Shown here: piece after piece, positions 20,232-28,991 of the stretch | How positions within the stretch are numbered: position 1 is the first letter of the stretch | How the letters are laid out: every line of letters begins with the position of its first letter | From: Sphingomonas sp. | Lineage (GTDB): Bacteria > Pseudomonadota > Alphaproteobacteria > Sphingomonadales > Sphingomonadaceae | Length of the DNA stretch: 33,937 nt | Direction: 5' to 3' | Assembly: GCF_031380695.1 (NCBI RefSeq) | Contig: NZ_JANMWY010000210.1 | Span: forward strand, 1-33,937 | Notes under the pieces: generated by a model | Told to the model about the DNA's origin: nothing | Database searches by the model: none | What the model saw: the letters and a program-made list of their open reading frames with translations, nothing else | Program-made: the position numbers and the translations under genes

Positions 20232-20754
20232 GCCGCTGCTCCTGATTGTCGAGGACGACTCGCACTTCGCCCGCACCCTCCAACGCTCGTTCGAACGGCG
20301 CGATTACGAGGTCGTCGTTGCCTCGAGCTTGGCCGAGGTCGAGACGCTGCTCCAGTCGCGGACTGCCGACTATGCGGTTGTCGATCTCAAGCTCACACAA
20401 GCCTCCGGCCTGACGTGCGTCGAACGGCTCCACGCGCACGACGCGGACATGATCATCATTGTCCTGACCGGCTATGCGAGCATCGTCACGGCGGTGCAGG
20501 CGATCAAGCTCGGAGCGACCTCGTACCTCGCCAAGCCCGCGAACACCGACGACATCGAGCGCGCGTTCGGCACGCTGAGCGGCGATGCGCAGGTACCGAT
20601 CGGCGAGCGCCAGACGTCGATCAAGACGATCGAGTGGGAGCGGATCAACGAGGTGCTGGCGGACACCGATTTCAACGTCTCCGCAACGGCACGACGACTT
20701 GGGATGCACCGTCGGACGCTTGCCCGGAAGTTGGAAAAACGCCGCATCGTCTAG
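20221..20754 (+). CDS. RegA/PrrA/ActR-family response regulator
   Basis: Receiver domain (VEDD, VVDLKL, LTGYASI, YLAKP) and Fis-type HTH (EWERI...NVSATARRLGMHRRTL). Confidence 0.93.
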   Translation: MSDRPLLLIVEDDSHFARTLQRSFERRDYEVVVASSLAEVETLLQSRTADYAVVDLKLTQASGLTCVERLHAHDADMIIIVLTGYASIVTAVQAIKLGATSYLAKPANTDDIERAFGTLSGDAQVPIGERQTSIKTIEWERINEVLADTDFNVSATARRLGMHRRTLARKLEKRRIV

Positions 20755-20831
20755 GTGCCTCCTCGAGGCGCTCGGCTGTAGACGCCACCTTCAAGGTTGC
20801 GACCGCGGCGCGAGTCCGCCACGCCTTGCCC

Positions 20832-21507
<676 letters not shown>

Positions 21508-21518
<11 letters not shown>

Positions 21519-24036
21519 GCCGGGCCTGTGGTCGGGGCGACTCTCGCTCGTCTGGCTGATCGGCGGAGAGTGGCGGTTTCATCCCGCTCGCTTTCTCATG
21601 ACCGCAGTCGCGATCGCCGTCGGGGTGGCGCTCGGATTTGCGGTCCACCTGGTCAACGGATCGGCGCTCGCCTCGTTCGACTCCGCGATGCGCGGGGTCA
21701 GCGGTGCTGCCGCATTGTCGGTGCGCGCGACCAGTTCTCTGGGGTTCGACGAGCAGCTCTATCCGCGTGTGGCGCGAGCCAACGGAGTTGCCGACGCCAG
21801 CCCGGTCGTCTGCCTCGACGCGCGTATCGGTGCGACGCGGCTGACGCTACTCGGCATCGACGTGATCCGCGCCGCCGGGGTGACGCCTTCGCTGATCGGA
21901 ACCCAACCCGGCCGAATCGGCAGCGACAACGAAGCCGCGTTTGATCAGACCGCGCTGTTTCTCTCCCGCGCCGCAATGACCCAAGCGCGAGTAGCCGTCG
22001 GCGGGCGGGTAACGGTAACGGCCAACGGGCACGCCGTACCCGTCCGTATTGCCGGCACGCTGCCGGGCGCGGGCGATGCGGCCGCGATCGGCGTAATTGA
22101 CATCGCCGCCGCGCAGTGGCGGTTCGGGCGGCTCGGCCGGCTCGACCGGATCGACCTCGCGCTGTCCGATCGTGCAGCGTCGGAGACCGCGCTCGCCGCG
22201 CTGCTGCCGGCGGACGCGCTCCTCTCCGATGCCGAAGCTCAGGATGCGCAGGGCGGGTCGCTGTCGCGGGCCTATCGTGTCAACCTGGACATGCTGGCAT
22301 TAGTAGCGTTGTTGACTGGCAGCTTTCTCGTCTACTCGGCGCAGTCGCTATCGGTGGTCAGGCGGCAGCGCGCGTTTGCTCTGCTCCGGACGCTCGGCAT
22401 GCCGCGCGGCGGAGTCGTCGCCGCAGTCGTCATCGAAGGGCTGGTGATCGGGCTGATCGGCGCCTCGGTCGGCTTGGCGGCAGGCTACGGCCTCGCCTGG
22501 GCGGCCCTGCACTGGTTCGGTGGCGATCTCGGTGCCGGCTATTTCGGCGGCGGCACCGGCCGCGTCGTCTTCCAGACGGGTGCCGCGCTCGCTTTCTTCG
22601 CGCTTGGTCTATTCGCCGCCTGCCTCGGCAGCGCGCTGCCTGCCCGGATTGCCGCCCGCGTGGCGCCCGCCGCAGCACTGAAGAATGCGGGCGACGTGCT
22701 CGATCCGCGCCAGCCCGTCGCTTGGTGGCCGGCCGCGGCGCTGCTGGTGGCGGGCGGGACGGCGGCACTGCTACCGGCCGTCGGCGAACTCCCGCTGTTC
22801 GGGTTCGCGGGCATGGCGCTGATGCTGGCGGGCGGCGTCGCCGGAGTGCCCTTTTTTGCGCGCATGTTGCTGGCGCCGCTGGCCCGGCGGACGAACGGCA
22901 GCGTAGCCGGCCATCTCGCGGTGCGCCACCTGCACGGCGCTCCCGGCGAGGCGGCGACCGGCCTGTGCGGGATCGTCGCGTCCACCGGGCTGATGATCGC
23001 GATGGCGACGATGGTGACGAGCTTTCGCGGCGCGGTCGACGACTGGCTTGGGCAGGTACTGGGCGCCGACCTTTACATGCGCACGATTGCGGGGGCGAGC
23101 TTCGACCCTGCGACCCGCACCCGCCTCGCCGCGACGCCCGGCGTGGCGAGGCTTGCCTTTAGCCGCCAGCTTCCGCTCACCATCGCCCCCACGCGCCCGC
23201 CGATCAGCCTCATCGCCCGGCCCGAGCGCGATGGCCGCGATCCGCTGCTCGTGCTGATCAACCAGGTCCGGGCACTGCCGGCGGACATACCACCCGTCTG
23301 GGTGTCGGAACCGGCTCAGCGACTATACGGCTGGGATCCGGGCGAGCGCATCGTCTTGCCGATCGCGGGACGCACTAGCTTTGTGATAGCTGGCGTGTGG
23401 CGCGACTATGGCCGTCAGACAGGTGCCGTGATCGTGGACGAGGACGATTATCAGCGGCTGACCGGCGACGACGGTCGCGACGAAGTCTCAGTGACGATAG
23501 CGTCGGGGACGGACATCGGACGGATCACGCGTGACCTGACCGGGAGTCTGCCGTCGGCACTGCGAAACCATGTGGAGGTGACACGCCCGGCAACACTGCG
23601 ACGACTCGCGCTGACGCTGTTCGACCGCAGCTTCGCCGTGACCTATCTGCTGGAAGCAGTTGCGATCCTGGTCGGCCTGGCCGGGGTCGCCGCGACGATG
23701 TCCGCCCAGACAATAGCGCGCGAGCGGGAGTTCGGGATGCTCCGCCACCTGGGTCTGACCCGCGGCCAATTGATCAGCATATTGGCGAGCGAAGGCGCGA
23801 TTCTCGGGCTGACGGGCGCGCTGACCGGTATCGCGCTTGGCCTCGTCCTCGCGCAGGTGCTGATCCACGTCATCAATCCGCAGTCGTTCAACTTTACGAT
23901 GACCACGCGCGTACCGATCGGAACGCTGCTGGGAGTCGCAGCGGCGCTGACGGGCGCGGCGGCGGCGACCGCAGTATTGGCGGGACGACGCGCCACCGCC
24001 AAGAGCGCCGTACAGTCGGTGCGCGAGGATTGGTGA
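21508..24036 (+). CDS. FtsX/MacB-like ABC permease with duplicated halves (AttFG-like)
   Basis: Two repeats of TM - large periplasmic domain - 3 TM, with RQRAFALLRTLG and REREFGMLRHLG motifs. Ends SVREDW. Confidence 0.88.
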
Positions 24037-25103
24037 TGGGCAGAATACGACTTCTTATCCTGTCGATGGCCGCGATTGGCATCGCCGCACCTCCCGCTAC
24101 GCCATACCCGGTCGTGCGGCCGGGCATCACGCTCCGTTTCCCCGCCGATCACGGCGCCCACCCGGGGTTCCGTACCGAATGGTGGTACGTCACCGGTTGG
24201 CTTCGCACCGCGACCGGCAAAGATCTCGGCTTCCAGGTGACCTTCTTCCGAACGAGTCCACCGGTCGACGAACGCAACCCCAGCCGTTTCGCCGCCCGCC
24301 AGCTCTTGTTCGCCCATGCCGCGCTGTCCGATCCGGCGACGCGCCGCCTGTCACACGGCGAGCGCGCGGCGCGCGGCGGCTTCGGCCTTGCCCAGGCGCG
24401 CACCGGCGAAGCCGACGTTGCGATCCGCGACTGGCGGCTGTGGCGCGCGCCGAACGGACGATGGGCGACTCGCGTGACGGCCGATGGCTTCGCGCTGGCG
24501 CTGGAGTTCCGACCGACGCAACCGCCCATGCCCCAGGGTCGGGGCGGATACAGCCGCAAAGGCGCGCGCCCCGACGAAGCGAGCTATTATTATTCGATCC
24601 CCCATCTGCGCGTGACAGGCAGCGTCGGCCGCGGCGGCGCGACCGCCGCCGTCACCGGCGAGGCATGGCTCGACCAAGAATGGTCGTCCAACTTTCTTGC
24701 CCCCGCCGCCCAAGGATGGGATTGGACCGGCCTTAACCTTGATGACGGGTCCGCGCTAATGGCGTTTCATATCCGTCGCAAGGGCGGCGGTACGCTGTGG
24801 GCGGGCGGGACGTTCCGCCGACCCGACGGCACGACGACCGTGTTGGGGCCGCAGGACGTCGCGTTCCGTCCGCTGGCTACGTGGCGAAGCGCGGCAACGG
24901 GCGCGGTCTATCCGGTGATGCAGGAAATCGACACCCGCATCGGCGGGCAGGTCGTGCGGTGGCGCCTCCAACCGATGTTCGCAGCGCAGGAACTCGATGC
25001 CCGGCGCAGCGGTCTGCCGGTCTATTGGGAAGGTGCGGTGCGCACCCGCGGGGGGCGTGGCTACCTCGAGCTCACCGGCTATGACCACGCACTCACAATG
25101 TAG
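24036..25103 (+). CDS. Secreted AttH/CrtC-like (lipocalin-like double barrel) protein
   Basis: Signal-peptide-like N-terminus, FPADHGAHPGFRTEWWYVTG, GFQVTFFR, SYYYSIP, AWLDQEWS, GWDW, QELD, YWEG, GYLELTGY. TGATG overlap with the permease. Confidence 0.85.
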   Translation: MGRIRLLILSMAAIGIAAPPATPYPVVRPGITLRFPADHGAHPGFRTEWWYVTGWLRTATGKDLGFQVTFFRTSPPVDERNPSRFAARQLLFAHAALSDPATRRLSHGERAARGGFGLAQARTGEADVAIRDWRLWRAPNGRWATRVTADGFALALEFRPTQPPMPQGRGGYSRKGARPDEASYYYSIPHLRVTGSVGRGGATAAVTGEAWLDQEWSSNFLAPAAQGWDWTGLNLDDGSALMAFHIRRKGGGTLWAGGTFRRPDGTTTVLGPQDVAFRPLATWRSAATGAVYPVMQEIDTRIGGQVVRWRLQPMFAAQELDARRSGLPVYWEGAVRTRGGRGYLELTGYDHALTM

Positions 25104-25129
25104 GCATCCTGATCGGCGGCAGCACCTTG

Positions 25130-25480
25130 GGATTTCACTGACGTCGATCCAATCTTCGCCATTCGCGCCCGCCTCCAACCTTTGGATTTCTGAGTTGTGG
25201 GGCGAGGAAGAGCCGGTCTTCGACAGCACCTAAGAACTGCAGGCCGCTCTCGATAACGTCATGAGCCATTGCAACGCGGTCATCACACAGATCGGCAGCA
25301 AGAGCCCCCAGATGGAAGCCGACGTTCTTTGCTGCCGGCAGGGCTGATGTCGAGCAATGCAGCCACTGGGTGCGCGGCTTATGGAAAGCGATGATGATTA
25401 ACCCCGAAGCTTGGCTGGGCCTCGCTGACGACGAGCGGACCCAAATCCTCGTCGAGCCATTCACCGTGTCAATCGATGCT
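25130..25480 (+). pseudogene. YecA/UPF0149-like protein remnant
   Basis: WISELWGEEEPVFDST*ELQAALDNVMSHCNAV with an in-frame TAA at 25231-25233. After a frameshift at the C-run near 25305-25309 it reads RWKPTFF...CSHWVRGLWKAMMINPEAWLGLADDERTQILVEPF. No start codon found. Confidence 0.55.
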
Positions 25481-25489
25481 ATCGACAAC

Positions 25490-25710
25490 CGCGCCCTTAT
25501 GGCTGACTCTCATGGCCATCGCCGAATTTGATCCGGTTCGCGACGAAGGCAAGGCGTTCGCGCACATCGCCCGCGGCGGGGGTCGAAGTCACCGCGCGGC
25601 GCTATCTCGGCATGACCCACGGCTTCCCCAGCATGCCCAGACGACTCCGGTGGCTAGCCGGGCGATCGGCTGACCTCGCCGCCAACGTCGCGCAGAGCCT
25701 GGCCGCCTGA
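25490..25710 (+). pseudogene. C-terminal remnant of an HSL-family alpha/beta hydrolase (esterase)
   Basis: TLMAIAEFDPVRDEGKAFA, then a frameshift to GVEVTARRYLGMTHGF. These are the catalytic Asp and His motifs; the HGG and GxSxG half is missing. Confidence 0.75.
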
Positions 25711-25715
25711 GCCGA

Positions 25716-26462
25716 TCAGGCGGCGGTCATGCCGCCGTCGATGACATGTTCGGCACCGGTGATGAACGAGGATTCATCCGACGCCAGGAACACGACCAGG
25801 CTCGAGATTTCAACGGACTCGGCGAAGCGCCGCAGCGGAATTGCCGCCGCCGCTCCGCCGCCATCCTCGTCGGTCGCGGCGATCATCATCGGCGTCTTGA
25901 CGTAGCCCGGATGGACCGAGTTCACGCGAATGTTGCGATCCCCATACTCGACCGCGACGTGCTTGCTCATCCCGCGCACGGCGAACTTGCTGCCGACATA
26001 AGCGAGGTTGGGCGAGCCAACGATCGCCACGATCCCTGAAATCGACGAGATGTTGACGATCGACCCGCCGCCCGCCGCCAGCATCCCCGGAAGCACCGCC
26101 TTCATGCCGAGGAAAACCCCGGTCTGGTTGATCGCACAGACCCGGGCATAGGCGTCTTCGTCGAGATCGGCGCTCATCGCCACCGGGCCGATCACCCCGG
26201 CATTGTTGACCAGGACATTGACCGGCCCGAAAGCGGCTTCGGCGGCGTCGACCACACGGCGCCAGCCGGCACCGTCGGATACATCATGCTCGACGAAAAT
26301 CGCGTTGTCGCCCAGGCTGCTGGCGAGCGCGTCGCCATCGGCGGCATTAAGGTCGGTCAGTACGACCTTCGCGCCCTCGTCGATAAATGCCTTGGCATGC
26401 GCGCTGCCCATGCCCTGCGACGCGCCGGTAATTATCGCGATCTTGCCCTGGAGACGGTTCAT
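25716..26462 (-). CDS. Short-chain dehydrogenase/reductase (3alpha,20beta-HSD-like, probably NAD-dependent)
   Basis: TGASQGMG, acidic residue after beta2 (LTD), NNAG, NISS, YVGSK, NSVHPG, ITG...IDGG. AAGGA upstream of ATG 26462. Confidence 0.92.
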   Translation of the reverse strand: MNRLQGKIAIITGASQGMGSAHAKAFIDEGAKVVLTDLNAADGDALASSLGDNAIFVEHDVSDGAGWRRVVDAAEAAFGPVNVLVNNAGVIGPVAMSADLDEDAYARVCAINQTGVFLGMKAVLPGMLAAGGGSIVNISSISGIVAIVGSPNLAYVGSKFAVRGMSKHVAVEYGDRNIRVNSVHPGYVKTPMMIAATDEDGGGAAAAIPLRRFAESVEISSLVVFLASDESSFITGAEHVIDGGMTAA

Positions 26463-26479
26463 GTGAAAAATCCTTTTCC

Positions 26480-27035
26480 TTAAATGCTGTTCGTCGGTCG
26501 CGTAGCCCATTCCGTAGCCAGCCGGCCAAGCTCATTGCTGCGCTCGACGATCGTGTAGGGTATGCCCGTCTTCGCCAGTTCGATCGCGGCGCACAGCTCG
26601 TAAATGCCCGCCCCGATGATCAGCGCGGTGAAGCCCGGCGGAGCCGCAGGCGCATCCTCCACCGCCGATTTCCCGACAAGGCCAAGCTCGCGTCGGATCA
26701 TCGGGACATAGCCGGCGGTAACTTCCTCGCTGAGTGACACGCTCATCATCTCGCGCAACAGTTTGCCCAGTGGTTCGGGGAGCACCGAAGGAGATCCGGC
26801 GAACCACTTGCAAAGCTCGACTGCCGCCGCCTGCCGCACTTCGGCCTGAACCTCGGGCGACAGTCCGCCGTCGTCATTCTCCTCCAGCCCGCGCGACCGG
26901 CTCGGCACAAAACGACCGTGAACCCAGTCCGCATCGCCGGTCGGCTGGACGAGCATGCAGGCGAGCGCTGGACGTTGGCAGCCGCAGTCGCTCGTCCAGC
27001 CAATCGCCGTCACGGACCACGTTCACCACCGTCAT
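26480..27035 (-). pseudogene. Truncated flavin-containing (Baeyer-Villiger, HAPMO-like) monooxygenase
   Basis: N-terminal extension (ANV/PALACMLVQPTGD...DDGGLSPEVQAEVR...MMSVSLSEEV...YVPM) with frameshifts near 26965-26990. The degenerate Rossmann motif IIGAGIYELCAAIEL...YTIVERSNELG is followed by a stop; the rest of the enzyme is absent. Confidence 0.72.
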
Positions 27036-27050
27036 CCTTCGCGGCCGCGC

Positions 27051-28247
27051 CTACGACTGCTTTTCGGGAAGCGCCTCGATCAACTGCGGGGCGATATTCT
27101 TGTCGCCCTTCTCATCGATGTGACGCTGGATTCGCGCCTGGATCGCTGCTCCGATCTGCTCGGCGAGTTCGGGCCGCGCGGCGCGGCATTCGTCCTCGGA
27201 AATCGCGCGATTGTCGGGCAGCGTGTCGACTTTGGGCATGACGTAACGAGCAAACATCTCATAACTGCGCTTGGTCTGCGGCCAGTCGGCCCAATTGTGC
27301 GCGAACAGGATCAGCGTGCCGAACCCTCCCGACTGCGCCCTGAGCCGCTCGATCTGCGCGACCGCATCGTCGGGGGTACCAATCAGCGCCATGCTCGAAT
27401 CGAGCAGTGCGTCGATCACGTCGCCCCCGCCCGGGACAATCGGCAGCGCCGCGACATTGCGCAGATAATCGGCCCAGCCCTCGATACCATGCTTGACCTC
27501 GGCACGAGCTTGTTCCCGCGTCTCCGCGATATGCATCGGCGCGACCAACCGCCAGTTGGCGCGGTCGACCGTCTGGCCATGATCGCGCGCGATGTCTTCG
27601 CAAATTCCCCAGTTAGCGGCGAGCGCATCAAATGCCCCGCTCGAGGTCGCGCCGAACGACAGCATGCCGATGCCGTTGCGGCCACTGGCGCGCGCGCCGG
27701 TCGGCGAGATGGTGCTTGCGGCAATCATGTCGATGCACGGCCGCGAATAGGGCGTCATGTGGATGCGGGCGTTATCGAGTGTGAACCAATCGGTCTTGGC
27801 CGTAACGGTTTCGCCGCGCATCAGACGGACGATGACGTCGATCGCCTCGTCCATCATGTCGCGCTGCTTGGACACTTCGATGCCCATCATCTTAGCGTCG
27901 GAGGCGAGCGACCCCGGCCCCATGCCGAGCATCGCCCGGCCATGCGTCATATGGTCGAGCTGGCTGAACCGCTCGGCGAGCATCAGTGGCTGGTGATAGG
28001 GGACCGAGCTTACCGCCGAGCCCAATTTGATCCGCGAGGTGCGTTCCGCCGCGGCCGCGATCATCACCTCGGGACTGGCGATCAGCTCCCACCCGGCCGA
28101 ATGATGCTCGCCGTACCACAGCTCGTCATAGCCGAGATATTCGAGGTGCTCGGCGAGTTCGAGATCACGCTGCAGGCACAGCGTCGGATTTTCGTTCAGC
28201 GCATGGTGCGGGCCGCAGAAGGCACCGTAACGAAGCTTGGTCGACAT
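27051..28247 (-). CDS. LLM-class (luciferase-like) flavin-dependent monooxygenase, limonene 1,2-monooxygenase-like
   Basis: ENPTLCLQRDLEL, WYGEHHSAGWELIASPE, QLDHMTHGRAMLGMGPGSLASDA, SYEMFARYVMP. GAGGAG spacing favours the second ATG (28247) over 28250. Confidence 0.9.
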   Translation of the reverse strand: MSTKLRYGAFCGPHHALNENPTLCLQRDLELAEHLEYLGYDELWYGEHHSAGWELIASPEVMIAAAAERTSRIKLGSAVSSVPYHQPLMLAERFSQLDHMTHGRAMLGMGPGSLASDAKMMGIEVSKQRDMMDEAIDVIVRLMRGETVTAKTDWFTLDNARIHMTPYSRPCIDMIAASTISPTGARASGRNGIGMLSFGATSSGAFDALAANWGICEDIARDHGQTVDRANWRLVAPMHIAETREQARAEVKHGIEGWADYLRNVAALPIVPGGGDVIDALLDSSMALIGTPDDAVAQIERLRAQSGGFGTLILFAHNWADWPQTKRSYEMFARYVMPKVDTLPDNRAISEDECRAARPELAEQIGAAIQARIQRHIDEKGDKNIAPQLIEALPEKQS

Positions 28248-28296
28248 CATATTCTCCTCGGTAAGCGGCTACGGCCGCCCTCTTCCCTGTCGTTTG

Positions 28297-28953
28297 TCAG
28301 CCCACTGTCGCGGCGAGGTCAAGCGCCATGTCCTGTGGGCGCGTGGCCACGAACGACGGACGCTGTTCGATGCTTACGACGAATTTGGTCAGCGCAGGAT
28401 ATTTCCCGCGCCAGCGCATTGCGGCGATGTCGGGGCTGTAGCCCGCCGTTACCGCATGTTCAAAGACGAGCACCGTCGTTGCCACGGCGATATCGCCAAG
28501 GTCGATCGTCTCGCCGGTAATTGCGCGCTGCTCGTATAGCTGGTCGAGCGCGGCCAGCCCGCCGTGCATCTTGCGTGTCTGGCGATCGACCCAGTCCTTG
28601 CCTGGTTCGGGCCGATGAAGTTCGAAGAGGAGCAACGTCATCACTTCCATCAGCCGCTCACCGAGCATCTGCCGCTTGCGCGCGGCGAGGCGACCATCGG
28701 CGTCCGCGGGTAGCAGCGGCGGCTCGGGAAAGCGGGTCTCGATCCACTCTAGGATGTAGCTCGAGTCGTAGACCGTCTCGCCATCGGCGATCAGGATCGG
28801 CAGTTGTTCAAGCGGGCTGTGGTGCGGCGTGATCGTCCCCGCCGCCCATGGCGTGTCGAGCACGACATCGAAGTCGAGCCCTTTTTCAAGCAGCGCGATG
28901 GCGACCTTGCGCCCGTACGGGCTGGGACCGGCATTGATCAGCGTGAACGCCAT
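28297..28953 (-). CDS. Glutathione S-transferase family protein
   Basis: SPYGRKVAIALLEKG, SPLEQLPIL, YDSSYILEWI, DLGDIAV, RPSFVATRP. Confidence 0.9.
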   Translation of the reverse strand: MAFTLINAGPSPYGRKVAIALLEKGLDFDVVLDTPWAAGTITPHHSPLEQLPILIADGETVYDSSYILEWIETRFPEPPLLPADADGRLAARKRQMLGERLMEVMTLLLFELHRPEPGKDWVDRQTRKMHGGLAALDQLYEQRAITGETIDLGDIAVATTVLVFEHAVTAGYSPDIAAMRWRGKYPALTKFVVSIEQRPSFVATRPQDMALDLAATVG

Positions 28954-28991
28954 CGCATCTACTCGCTATAGCAGGGCCATCGCAGGACAGG

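Noticed and set aside
20415-20831. N-terminal extension of the ABC ATPase suggesting a fusion protein
   Set aside because: It overlaps regA in another frame and is Arg-rich and low in complexity; the ATPase domain begins at ATG 20832.
24036-25103. Carotenoid biosynthesis gene crtC
   Set aside because: Signal peptide, ABC-transporter context and absence of other crt genes point to the AttH-like group.
25135-25488. 117-aa minus-strand ORF as a novel small protein
   Set aside because: The opposite strand carries a more protein-like, decayed YecA/UPF0149-type sequence.
26955-28520. 521-aa plus-strand ORF
   Set aside because: Antisense to the LLM monooxygenase and GST genes.
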